A stretch of 64,000 nucleotides of DNA, taken from NCBI GenBank assembly GCA_030390025.1, contig CM059432.1, forward strand, positions 116,500,001 to 116,564,000. The letters are read 5' to 3'. Position 1 is the stretch's first letter, and each line of letters starts with the position of its first letter. This DNA comes from Squalus acanthias (taxonomy: Eukaryota). The notes beneath the pieces are model-generated. The model was not told where the DNA came from. It saw only the letters and a program-made list of their open reading frames with translations, and did not search any database. Below are positions 12,887 to 25,185 of the stretch, one piece after another. Both the position numbers and the translations under genes were made by a program.

Positions 12887-14128
12887 TCAGTGGTGCCTTG
12901 GCCGGCTTAGGGGTTGCGTGTTGGGTTCCTTCATGCTGTTCTCAATGGCAGAAGCCATTTCCACAGCAGGGGCCGAGAAGCGGCTTGCTATCAGCCGCTG
13001 ACGGACGGCCCTTGCAGTTTCACCATTGTGGGCCGCCCTCACGCCTTGGTGCTGCTGCTGCTGATCATCCTCCTCCTCTTCTTCCTCCTCCTCCTCTGGT
13101 GGTGCTCCAAGGCCTGGTGGCATTGGCTGGGTCCTGAGGATTGCCATGTTATGCAGCATGCAGCACACAACTACGATGCTGGAAACTCGCTCAGGCGAGT
13201 ACTGCAGGGCTCCTCCAGAATGGTCGAGACAGCGGAACCGTTGCTTGAGCACGCCGATTGTGTGCTCCACGATGTTCCTGGTAGCTTGATGGCTCTCGTT
13301 GTACCGCAGCTCAGCAGGGGTGTTGGGCGTACGGAGCGGTGTCATCAGCCAGGTGCGCAGTGGATACCCCTTGTCCCCGAGAAGCCAACCAACTGGCTGA
13401 TGCGGTGCCTCGAAAAGTTCTGCCACAGTAGTCTGGCGCAAGATGAAAGCATCGTGGCAGCTGCCAGGATAGTGGGCATTGACAGCGAGTATCAGCTGTC
13501 TGTGGTCACAGACCAACTGAACATTCAAGGAATGGAACCCCTTTCTGTTCCGGAAATCCTCGGTATTCTCATGCGGAGCTCGCAAAGCCACATGCGTGCA
13601 GTCAATGGCGCCCTGCACCATGGGGAAGCCCGCTATCCTCGCAAAGCCCAGAGCGCGTTCTTGCTGCTTGTCTGGGGTCATGGGGAAAGAGATGAACTCT
13701 CGTCTCCTTTTAAAGAGGGCATTTGTGACCTTCCTGATGCAGCAGTGCACCGCGAACTGGGAGATATTGGCGATGTCCCCAACAGCAGATTGAAATGAGC
13801 CAGTAGCATAAAAGTTCAGAGCCACTGTGACCTTCACTGCCACCGACAGAGACGTCCTGGACCTCAGCTGAGGCTGCAGATCTGGCTGCAGCAGGTGGCA
13901 GAGCTCAGTGACCACCTCCTTGCTGAAGCGCAGCCTTCGCAGACACTGCTCCTCAGACATATGAATGTAGGAGAGCTGTTCACGATATACCCTGGGAGGG
14001 TAAGCTCTCCTGTACAGACGCCTGTTGGCCCTCCTCCGTCTGGCCATCATTGCCACTCTCTCTCTGCGTCTCTGTGTCCTCCGATTCAGCTGGCGCAGGA
14101 CGACGCCCCCCATCAGTGCAGCCCCCAT
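12887..14128 (-). CDS. HARBI1-like DDE transposase of copy A, open 413 aa
   Basis: [48 protein letters not shown]; no internal stops. Confidence 0.93.
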   Translation of the reverse strand: MGAALMGGVVLRQLNRRTQRRRERVAMMARRRRANRRLYRRAYPPRVYREQLSYIHMSEEQCLRRLRFSKEVVTELCHLLQPDLQPQLRSRTSLSVAVKVTVALNFYATGSFQSAVGDIANISQFAVHCCIRKVTNALFKRRREFISFPMTPDKQQERALGFARIAGFPMVQGAIDCTHVALRAPHENTEDFRNRKGFHSLNVQLVCDHRQLILAVNAHYPGSCHDAFILRQTTVAELFEAPHQPVGWLLGDKGYPLRTWLMTPLRTPNTPAELRYNESHQATRNIVEHTIGVLKQRFRCLDHSGGALQYSPERVSSIVVVCCMLHNMAILRTQPMPPGLGAPPEEEEEEEEEDDQQQQHQGVRAAHNGETARAVRQRLIASRFSAPAVEMASAIENSMKEPNTQPLSRPRHH

Positions 14129-15299
14129 ATCTCTAAGCAAGCTAAGTTATGAAGGCCAGAAACCAAAGTACCAGCGAAGTTAGGATGAGTAGCCAAAACT
14201 ACCTGACACAGCGTTGACTCAATGCAGAAGTCTCTCTTTCTCTCTCTCCGAATCTCTCTCTCTCTCTCAGAACGAGTGGTGCAAAAATGTCCACCACAGA
14301 GAAAGACAGGAAGAGGCCCCCTTTAAATAGCGCCCCCCCAGCCCCACAGCGAATGATAGCGTTCCACTCTACCGGTCGTTGGATGCGCCAGGCGGTAAGG
14401 ATGGGGGCGCCACTGAAATTCTGCTCCGGGGCGCCACAAGGGCGTTGCACTCTCGTATGACGTCACAATCTGCGCGCGCAAGAGATCGCGGCGATAAAGT
14501 TTAGCGCCGCCGCTAAATGTCTAGTTAAGTTCCCGAGCGGCGCAAACATCGCTGCGCCCGGGCGCTAGCTGCTTGGCGCCCCATTAGCGCCCTCTTAAGG
14601 CGCTAACGGGAGGCACAACCAACTGAATTTTCCCCCTAAGTGTTTTAGGTGCCATTTCCCTCCACTTGGCATGAGGGATACTTTTCTGAGATTTCTTCCC
14701 AGGGGCACTAAGCAGTACTTTTTCTCGTTTATTGCATTTCTTTCAGAATTGTCTGTAGTGGCCTCATTACAAATATTTGTTCTACTGCCTCTTTCCAATG
14801 CCCTGCTCCCTTCTTTGGGTGCCTCTTGACTGCTCCTCCACTTGAAGACATTCTTTAAAAGTGGCACAAAGTTTCACAGGAACCATCTATCACAGCTACC
14901 CGAAAGTCTTTTCTGTCTTTCAAACCGCTTAATACTTAGCTGCTGCTTCTCCGGCCTGCGGCTGCATGTTTCTAAACCTGCTAATGCAGCTCTGGAGCTG
15001 TGCTCAACCATGGGCAATGGATATGTTAATGAGCTGTAAATGCGTTGACGGCATGATTTAACGTAGGGCCAGTGCCAAGAGGATTGGCAGATCTCAGCAG
15101 CGCAAATGGCCCTGTAGAATTTTGGGTCCAACAATTTTATTTAGGTGTATAGTTTTTCAACATAATTTGTTTTTGCAAGCTCTACATGGATATGTGACTT
15201 GAATTCATTGCAATGTTTAACACTATCCAATCTGAGATTAGCCTACAAATAACAAATTCATCACAAATTTACAAGACCAGCATCAATTACTTAACTCAC

Positions 15300-15341
15300 C
15301 GACTGCATTCTGTTTTTCTGCTTTCCCCAAAAAGTCTTTCC
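15300..15341 (-). CDS. C18orf63: C18orf63 homologue coding exon 5
   Basis: Polypyrimidine tract + aatAAG|...|GTGAGT; 42 nt, phase 1->1; (G)KDFLGKAEKQNAV. Confidence 0.87.
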
Positions 15342-15790
15342 CTTATTTAAAAAACAAAACAATTATTGTACCTAAACAGCAACAATGTATTTTACAAAGT
15401 GTATGTTATTGACAGTATGTTTTATCAACTGTAATCACTAACATCAGCCATGCAATGCATATTTGTTTTTAATTACCACTATTAACAACAATTTTTCATA
15501 GATAAAAGTTATCACTTGACCAAAATAGATACACCATGCTATTTTGATTATATTAAATTTACTTCTCTGGTCTACTTGAATGCCTCTTAATCTCTGCGAT
15601 CAGTGTAACTAACGTAGCAAATAACACAAAACAGATCATAGCTCTCTCAAAATAAGTCGATCAAAAAAAATTGCATTTCTCCAAGATATTTATTATGCTC
15701 ACTCTTTTATTCATGTTAGTTCCCTAAATCACTGTCAGTTCAATAAATTCAATACACATATGGGCAAGATTGAACAAATGCACTGAATCA

Positions 15791-15922
<132 letters not shown>

Positions 15923-16190
15923 CTATCATCATTGAGAAACAGTAATAAATATTTCAATAAAACTTGCTGTCAATATTGTAAAATGCAAACCACAATACAC
16001 CATAAAATGCTGAATGCATCTGAAGTTGTAAGATAATTGGAACTTGCAAACTGAATCAAATTGAATCTATTTTTTAAAAAGGTTCTCACCACTTTTGCTC
16101 CCTTCTTTTTCTCCTGAAGGCACTGACTCCTTACTGAAGTATGGTTCCATGGGTGCTAGGAAATCTCCAGTACTTTGCCCAACTGGTCCT

Positions 16191-16710
16191 CAACAAAAAC
16201 TTGCATTTATATAGTTCCTCGAACATTAAAAAAATATCCAAGGTGCTTCACGGATAGGCACGTGGAAAACAGATGCTAAGCCAGGAAACGAGAGATTAGG
16301 AATGGGTGAACGAAAACTTGGTTGAAGAGTTTTTAAATTTTTTTAATTTTAATTAGGCAGAGGGTTTTTGGGGGAGGGAATTCCAGAGAGTGGGTCTCAG
16401 TTAACTGCAATATGTGCCACCAATGGTGGGACAAAGGAAGGTGAAATGCATAAAATTCAGAGAAACAGAGTTTGGGGGGTAGGAGAATATAAGGCTGGTG
16501 GATATAACAGAGATGGGATATGGTCAGGCCATGGAAGGATTTACATTTGAGGAATTATGGATGGGAAGCCAATGTTTGTGATGGGCTAGTGGGACTTATG
16601 TGTCGGACAGGATACGGGCAGCAGAATTTTGGACAGGTTGGAGATAATGCAGGGTGGAGAATAGGAGTCAAGGAAGAGTATTGGAGCAGTCAAATCTAGA
16701 GTGACAAATT
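16191..16710 (-). mobile_element. L2 LINE 3' fragment
   Basis: L2-type tail ACTTGCATTTATATAG and degraded 3' body, like 45900-46450. Confidence 0.7.
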
Positions 16711-16749
16711 TATGTGGGAGCCTTGACACTGAATGATGGTAAACTATTT

Positions 16750-16977
16750 GGCCACTGGAGACATTACAATCTAGCTCAATGCTAACTCACCTGATATCCA
16801 CACAAAATGCATTTCCAGCACAAATTGGCTGATTTTGCTCAGGTGATTGAGGCCAAATACAGCACCATGATCACTGCCCCAGTTGAGGTCAGCTAACTCA
16901 GTGGAGACTATGGACTGAACCTGTGATCTTCCTGTTCACTATGCTTAGCCACTCACCGGATACACTTGCTGAGCCAT
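16750..16977 (-). mobile_element. Degenerate tRNA-derived SINE
   Basis: A-box-like TGGCTCAGCAAG and B-box-like GGTTCAGTCC on the minus strand. Confidence 0.45.
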
Positions 16978-17110
16978 GGGAAAGCTTTTAAATCTGATAT
17001 TTTTATAATCTTTGTTAAATTTATGCAAAGGAGTAATGCCAGTTCAGTGAATAAGAACATTTTCATTTCACCCCTGGAACCTGATTCGACCCCAACTCAC
17101 AATGATGGGA

Positions 17111-17915
17111 TAAGAACACAAGAACATAAGAAATAGGAGCAGGAGTAGGCCATTCGGCTCTCGAACCTGCTCCGCCATTTAATGAGATCATGGCTGATCC
17201 GATTTTGGCCTCAACTCCACTTTCCTGCCCGCTCCCCATAACCCTTGACCCCCCCTGTTGCTCAAAAATCTGTCTATCTCAGCCTTGAATATATTCAATG
17301 ACTCAGCTTCCACAGCTCTCTGGGGTAAAGAATTCCAAAGATTCACAACCCTCAGAGAAGAAATTCCTCCTCATCGCCGTCTTAAATGGGCGACCCCTTA
17401 TTCTGAGACTATGCCCCTTCGTTCTAGATTCTCTGATGAGGGGAAACATCCTCTCAGCATCTACCCTGTCCAACCCCCTCAGAATCTTAAATGTTTCAAT
17501 AAGATCACCTCTCATTCTTCTAAACTCCAATGAGTATAGGTCCAACCTGCTCAACCTTTCCTCATAAGATAACCCTTCCATCCCAGGAATCAACCTAGTG
17601 AACCTTCTCTGAACTGCCTCCAATGCAAGTATATCCCTCCTTAAATAAGGGGACCAAAACTATATGCAGTACTCTAGGTGTGGTCTCACCAGCGCCCTAT
17701 ACAGTTGTAGCAAGAGTTCCCTACTTTTATACTCTATCCCCCTTGAAATAAAGGCCAACATTTCATTTGCCTTCCTAATTACTTGCTGTACCTGCATGTT
17801 AACTTTTTGTGTTTCACATACGAGGGCACCCAAATCCCTCTGTACCGCCGCATTCGGTAGTCTTTCTCCATTTAAATAATATTTTTCTTTTCTATTCTTC
17901 CCACCAAAGTGGATG
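17111..17915 (-). mobile_element. CR1 3' fragment
   Basis: EAVQRRFTRLIPGM..RGDLIETFK; CR1 tail. Confidence 0.92.
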
Positions 17916-19162
17916 TAACTGTCTTCTCTCTGTGGGGTGTATTTGTTCTATTTAAAATGAATCTCGACCCAATTCCTCGTGGATGTGGGTCCACTCCATA
18001 AAAACACCTGAATTGCCAATCTTATTCAGACAGATTACAATGTTGACTGGTGTGGGCCATAGAAATATCACTCCGGTGCAGGTTGAATTTTAATTTGACG
18101 TTGAGCTTGAGGCCGAAGGAAAGGGGTCTTTACATCTAACTTGCATCATGCCTGACCTGGTAATGCATACTAATAACATTGGCTCTCAAAGTGGAAAAGT
18201 CTTCTACTCCCCAGCATTGAAATCCTTCACCCTGATTAGCACAAAGATTATTTTTTTTAAATGTGGTCCGATAGAAAATTGTATTAAAGTTCTGAAATAT
18301 GTATTAAGAACGCTAACTCACTATCAATTCTGACGTTATAAGTGATTCAAGTCACTCTATTCACTTACATTTATGAAATTAAACTCAGCTTATCATCAGT
18401 AATAAGGAACAAAAATGACAGAAATATCTCTATATATGAAATAGAACAGCTATGTTAACTATGAAGTCAGCTTAATGTTACTCAGCACCAGCATTTCTCT
18501 TGCTGAAAACATGGGGGGGTATATGTATACAAGTCCTTTATTGATATGTGGCTTGTATATGCACAAATGGTGAAAAATTGATATGGAGCAACAAACATAT
18601 TTATGACCCAGTAGTGAACCTAATAAATGTACAGAAATACAAATGATTAACCTCAAATCTACTTGGGATCCCCATATAATGAATAAACATTTAGAGGACA
18701 TGGTGCATTGGTAAATAAACCAAAGAGCAAATGCCACGTGGCTGATAAATACCATAGTCATAAGACTATAGGTTTCACACATCACAGTGGCTTTCCAAAA
18801 TCCACCCCAACATTGATATTTGTTCACATAATGCAATTAAGCTTATTTTAATTTCTTTAAAAAGTGAAAATGGTTCCCTTTTAATGTAAAATTATGGTGC
18901 TTATGTGGGCATTTTTGCTTTGACGTTGTTGTGATTTAACGCAACAGTGTCATGGTCCCTTTGAGGCCAATGGAACATTGGGGCTTCAGTTTATGTTGAT
19001 TCCTGACTTTCATCATAAGGAACTTTACCAAGTATTGAATAGAGGGGAAGAGAGATAGGCTGAATTGAGGCAAGGTGCTCAGCATGAGAAAAAAAGCAGT
19101 CAACGACAGAGGCAAACACAAGAGGAACATGCTAAGGAGCCTCAGGGAAGTGTGTAACCATT

Positions 19163-20445
19163 GACATAAGAAATAGGAGCAGGGGTAGGGCATACGGCCC
19201 CTCAAGCCTGCTCCGCCATTCAATAAGATCATGGTTGATCTTCAACCTCAACTCCACTTTCCCGCCCGATCCCCATGTCCCTTGATTCCCTGAGAGTCCA
19301 AAAATCAATCTATCTCAGCCTTGAATATACACATCGACTGAGCATCCACAGCCCTTTGGGGTAGAGAATTTCAAAGATTCACAACCCTCTGAGTGAAGAA
19401 ATTTCTCCTCATCTCAGTCTTAAATGGCCGACCCCTTATCCTGAGACTATGTCCCCTAATTCGAGAGTCTCCAGCCAGGGGAAACAACCTCTCAGCATCT
19501 ACCCTGTCAAGCCCTCTCAGAATCTTATCTGTTGCAATGAGATCACCTCTCATTCTTCTAAACTCTAGAGAGTATAGGCCCATTCTACTCAATCTCTCCT
19601 CATAGGACAACCCTCTCATCCCAGGAATCAATCTAGTGAACCTTTGTTGCACCCCCTCTAAGGCAAATACCTAAAGCATAAAGAAAATGGGAAGCAGGTC
19701 AATGTCACTAGAGATGTTAACGGCGAGGAGCTTGACCATGGAACTAAAGCACAACCTTCGACTGTAGAGCAGGCTTCCGCTTCACAAGAAGCTGCTAAAA
19801 TCTTGGATGTTCAGACAGCGCGAGAAAATAGAGACAGAGAAGATTAGGCACAGAGACTAAAACTGTACACAGTACTCAGGTGTGGTCTCACCAAAGCCGT
19901 GTACAATTGCAGCAAGACCTCCTTACTCTTGTACTCCAACCCCTTTGCAATAAAGGCCAACATGTGATTTGCCTTCCTAATTGCTTGCTGTACCTGCATG
20001 TTAACTTTCTGTGTTTCGTCTACAAGGACACCCAAACCCCTCTGAACACTAACATTTAATAGTTTCTCACCATTTAAAAAATATTCTGTTTTTCTATTCT
20101 TCCTACCAAAGTGAATAACCCCACATTATACTCCATCTGCCACCTTCTTGCCCACTCACTTAACCTATCTATATCCCTTTGCAGATGCTTTGAGTCCTCC
20201 TCTCAGCTTACTTTCTCACCTAGCTTTGTATCATATGCAAATTTGGATACATTACACTCAGTCCCTTCAGCTAAGTCATTAATATAGATTGTAAATAGCT
20301 CCAGCACTGATCCTTGCGGCACCCCACTAGTAACAGTTCTGCCAACCAGAAAATTACCTGTTTATTCCTACTCTCTGTTTTCTATCCTTTAACCAATCCT
20401 CAATCCATGCTAATATATTACCCCCAATCCCATGAGCCCTTTGTG
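19163..20445 (-). mobile_element. CR1 3' fragment interrupted by ~180 bp of unrelated sequence (~19670-19850)
   Basis: ORF2 C-terminal motifs on both sides of the insert; CR1 tail at ~19163. Confidence 0.88.
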
Positions 20446-20613
20446 GCAAATAACGAGTGCTTAAAATATAGACATTAAGATTTGAAAGTAAGTTCACCAG
20501 TGGCATCCAAGACCTGTGAAACACTGCTAGTAAACTGACAAGTGTGCATACAACGCCGTTTAAAAATTCAATTTAGATTTCACCAATAAGATCAGTTCTC
20601 TTCAGCAATTTAC

Positions 20614-20670
20614 CTTTCCTCCATGTTTTTGAACGTATGCTTGAATGTTTCCTGTCTTATAAAAGGGTAT
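20614..20670 (-). CDS. C18orf63: C18orf63 homologue coding exon 3
   Basis: tttttAG|...|GTAAAT; 57 nt, phase 0->0; IPFYKTGNIQAYVQKHGGK. Confidence 0.9.
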
Positions 20671-21335
20671 CTAAAAAACACAAACACACCTTTTAGCAAA
20701 CTGTGGGATAGATAATATTTCTGTAGTGTCAGTACTAATGATAAGAACATTCGAGGGCACTATTCGCTTATGAAAAGCAATGGTTAAAAAAGTCAAATGA
20801 ATATTCAATGTTCAATTTCATCTATGTCTTCCCTGCCTCCATTTTCAAGGCCCATGTGTGTGCTAGGTAAGTGCATCTCAATGTGCCACGTACATGCAGC
20901 TTCAGCTTGATGTTAGGACCTTCACCCTCCCCTTTTCTAAAATGCAGTTATGTTCACATAACTTACAAAGTGCTGGTGATTGCATTATATTTACTTCAAA
21001 GTTCTCCATCTCCAAAAGTAAAGTTCAATTTAAACTCACTGTATGAGAGTGACAACAGGACAGCTAAAGTTAGAGGCACATCAGCAAGCCAGTCCAGCAG
21101 CAGTGAAGGCTGCAGCATGGCCAGCCCAAAAGTTAGTTGACAAGATTTAGCAGGGAGGAAGCTGCAGAAAACAATGGTGCATTAAGTTAATGGTAAATTA
21201 GCAACTGGAAGGAAAGTAGTTTGGAGATGGAAATTATATCATAAATTATATTGATAAGGGCATCTTTAGGAGCATGAACTGCCTGTGAGCAACTAAAGAT
21301 GCCCTCATCAATATCATTTATAAAAAATGAAAAAA

Positions 21336-21447
21336 TGTCATATCTTGGGACACAGCACAACTGCACAACATGGCTTCCGGTAAGAACTGCACTGCCCATG
21401 TGCTTTATTATTATATACGTCAGTAGTCACCAGGTGACGCTATTACA
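21336..21447 (-). repeat. 3' LTR (112 bp) of the Gypsy element, preceded by PPT at 21448-21463
   Basis: AAAAAGGAGGGAGAAG|TGTAATA...TATGACA; internal TATATAAT and AATAAA. Confidence 0.75.
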
Positions 21448-21618
21448 CTTCTCCCTCCTTTTTGAAGAAGTTAATCATAGCAAATAATCAAAGTACATGA
21501 CTTGCATGGTATACACAACTCTTGGTATACATTTCGCAAATGGAACCCATTTTATGTTTCCAAATTCTACTATAGAATTCTGCAGCACAAACAAAAGATA
21601 AGAACTTATTTTCCATCT

Positions 21619-23120
21619 TTACAAATTAAACTGTTTTCTGTTTCGAAGAGGATACCTTCTTCCTTGAACAGAACTTTCAGATCTTGTTGGAGGTTTTTGA
21701 CTTATTCTAGGCTGAGCCTGAGGAGAATTTTTCTCCAAGGGCTGACCTTGATCTACATTTAGACTCGCTACACTTTCAGACTGTTTGTCTGCCTGACTCG
21801 GGCTCAGACTTAAATTCTGACTTTCTCTTGGACTTGTTTCTGGTATGTCTGATGTAGGATTTGGTACTCTACCTGTAACAAGACTATCTGACTCATCAGA
21901 ATAAATTGAATCATCCCAGCTTTCAACTCCTTCCACATCTGTAGGTAAGATATGATCAATGTGAACAAACCTAACCTTTCCATGATCAAACATCCTGACC
22001 AAATATGTGCGAGGGCCACATATCTTCACTACTCTTCCTGGTAGCCACTTTAACCATTTATGGTGATGGTTCTTCACTCTAACCTTTTGGTTCAACTTCA
22101 CACTTCTTTCTCTAACTCTACCTTTATCATGACTCTCTTTCTGCCTCGATTGTTTCTCTTCTACGGACTGTGCCAAGTTTGGCTTTAACAATGAGAACCT
22201 GGTTCGTGGCTGTCGTTTGAGAAACAACTCTGCTGTTTTTCTATCAGTAGTGGTATGAGTATTCCGATAGGTAATCTGAAAATTTGCCAGTTTGTGGTCC
22301 AACGACAACTGACATTTCTTTGGATTTGGATCCAACATTTGCTTGATGAGGGCATGTTTGACAATTTGTACTGTGCGCTCTGCTGAACCATTTGAAGCAG
22401 GGTGGTACGGTGGAACTTTGCTATGTTTCACACCGTTTCTGCTCATGAACTGTGTGAACTCTTCTGAACAAAACTGTGGGCCATTATCAGACACAATTTC
22501 TTCTGGGAGGCCGTATGAAGAAAACAATCTTCGCAAATTGTCTAGTGTTTTGCTTGTTGTTATTATCCGCATCGGAAACACCACTACACACTTCGAGTGA
22601 CTATCTATTACTATGCATAATTGCTGTCCTTCTAGCTCAGCAAAATCTACACTCTGGGAGGCCATTTCCTTGGCTGTAATGATACTGATGGTGGTTTCTT
22701 GCCCACCGATTGACATGTTGTACACTGACTGACTATGTACTCTATCTCTTTATCTAAACCTGGCCACCAAAAGTAAATGTGTGCAAAACTCTTGGTCAAG
22801 CACATTCCCAGGTGCTGGTCATGAAGCTCTCCTAACAATTTAGACCTGAACCTATTTGGGATAACCACGCATGCTCCCCACATGATACAATCTTTATCCA
22901 CTGACAATTCATTCCTACGAACAAAGTATGGATAGATATCTTCCGGATAGCTGGTTTGGCCATCCATTTGCTATGTAATCATACACCTTTGACATAATTG
23001 GGTCACGTTTGGTTTCCCTACCAATCTCTTCAGCTGTGACTGGCCGCTCATCAATGTATGAGAAATAGAACACTTCTTCCCTATTGGGTATAACTTGTGA
23101 TGGGATGGCAACCTGGACAT
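21619..23120 (-). pseudogene. Gypsy/Ty3 pol fragment (H2C2 zinc-binding region and integrase), frameshifted
   Basis: LH..HLGM..WWPGLD..CTTCQ; IVSDNGPQF; PPYHPASNGSAER. Confidence 0.92.
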
Positions 23121-23121
23121 A

Positions 23122-24500
23122 GCATGGATGCAATGTCGGAAGCGATTTAATGACCTAATCAGGTCAGGAAAAATCATTTGCTGATTCAATTACATCCTGT
23201 GCTTTAAGCCCCTGCCCCGCCCCCTTTCACTCTGTCTTGCTAATTGTTCTCCATCACATCACTCCTCACACTCACTCAACTTTCAGGAGCACCCAGCCTT
23301 CACTTTCTATGCACTTCATCACCTCCCATTTATCCATCCACCATTGACACTCACCCCAATCCTGATGCAATGTGATGCATGTGTCTCAGTCACCCTCACC
23401 GAATGCACTGCATCCATTGGGTGAATACCTCACCTTCACTTACTCACAGGTTTGTTTTTTCGCCCCTTGTAGGGGAAGAGAGCACAAACCGCAAGGAAGA
23501 GGGACAGGGCCGGAGGTGGCCCGCCACAAAATGTCCAGCTCTCTGATGGAGAGGACGGCCCTGGAAATAAATGTCACATCTGCATCCCTCTCAGAGATGG
23601 AGAGGCAGGGAGCTCGCATATAGCTGGTGAGAGAACTACACATACCTATGACACACATATGCTGACTTCATTTCATCAATGACTGAACAATGAGAAGACT
23701 GAGTACGGTGATTGTCAAGATTGTGACTTTGCCTCGATTAATTCCCTTTCTTTTGTCTTCCAGAGCCTTTATATGCACAGCAAGTGTCTCAGGACATCCA
23801 TGAGGACGATTCCTCAGAGGACCTCATTCATTTTGAGGGTGTACCGTCACAGGACCTACAACCATGCACCAGCGCAAATATTCGCACTTTGGTGGGTCCA
23901 CTTAGACAGTTAGTTAGGTTTTCACCTGGTGATTCACACCTCCCAAGTGAGCACGAGCAGACACTGGTGGCAGGGACAGCTGTGGAGAGGCCGTGTGGGG
24001 GTCGGGGAGCGCAATCCTCTCCAAGCTCTACTTAGCTGGACTCAGATGTTGAACCTCAGGGGTTATCGTTGAGAAGGGGAATGCTAGAGGTGCACCAGCA
24101 ACTTAGCCAGGTACTGACAGACATGCCACGCACACTCCCCACAATGGCGGAGAGGATGGAGCAGTCCAACACTATCGCCAGTGGATTGGTGCCACAGGGA
24201 ATTGCAAGAATGTCTGCCATGGGAGAGAGGCGGCCTCCGTGGAGTTTCAAGCAAGGCTCTCAAATGAGTCCATTCAGGCTATGACCACGGCCATGTAGAC
24301 TTTGGATGCCAACTTGTCTGTCGCCTTAAACAGGATGACAAATACCATATACGTGGCTTTACAACATGTCACTGATCGCCACCAAGCTGCTCTCCAGCAG
24401 AGTGGTAGGAGTGATGTGGCATTGGCGCAGGAGAGGGATGATGGCAAAAGGGGACATGGAAGTGGGAACTTCACTCAAAGCGCTTCCACTTCTCACCCAA
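23122..24500 (+). pseudogene. Decayed Harbinger Myb partner gene (exon 1 end, exon 2 from 23473, exon 3 from 23764)
   Basis: WMQCRKRFNDLIRSGK; GKRAQT..AGGGPP; EDDSSED..TSANI..VGP as in the other copies. Confidence 0.8.
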
Positions 24501-25185
24501 TGTAACCCATATGCACTACCAGAACAAGAACACTCTCTGGACACAGTGCAGTTGAAGTGCCATCAAATTTTATTTTGCAAAATGGAATCTGTGAGCCTAG
24601 TGTATGCTACCTAATGCTTCCCCTCGGTGTGCCCTGGATGTGTATAATCTAGTACCTCTTCTACATACTTCCCTAGTAGCTGGAGCATGGCAGGAGGCTA
24701 GCTGCTGACATCTAGACATCATGGGGGGAAAAATGTGGTTGTTTTGCTAATGGGACGCAAAGCAACTAGCGCCCGGATGCGGCAATGTTTGCGCCGCTCG
24801 CGAAATTGACCAGAGTTTTTGTGGCGGCGCTAAACTCTACCGCCACGATCTCCTGCGCCCGCAGATCGTGACGTCAGTTGAGCGTGCAACGCCCCGGACC
24901 GGATATTGAGTGGCGCCCCCTTCCTTTCCGCCTGCCGTTATCAACGACAGGGAGAGTGGAATGTTTTCCAGTCAGGAAGGGGCAGTGGGAGTGCTATTTA
25001 AAAGCTTCCTGCCTTTTTTTGTGGGAGACATTTTTGCACCACTCATTCTGAGAGAGAGAGATTCTGAGAGAGAGAGAGACACACTTCTGCAGAGAGTCAA
25101 CGCTGTGTGAAGTAGTTTTGGCTACTGAGCATCACTTTGCAGGTTCTTTTGGATTTGACCTTCATTACTTCGATTGCCAAGAGAC

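Larger units (their letters stand above)
10455..14636. mobile_element. PIF/Harbinger transposon copy A (4182 bp)
   Basis: TIRs GGGGGAAAA(A)TTCAGT; TAA TSD at 10452-10454 and 14637-14639; convergent Myb and transposase genes. Confidence 0.95.

Noticed and set aside
12914..13798. 294-aa plus-strand ORF and similar antisense ORFs
   Set aside because: Shadow frames of GC-rich transposase, Myb or LINE coding sequence with no independent motifs.
12887..14128. Calling this ORF (or 55811-57061) the domesticated host gene HARBI1
   Set aside because: Both lie between TIRs with TSDs and have multiple decayed relatives, so they are transposon genes.
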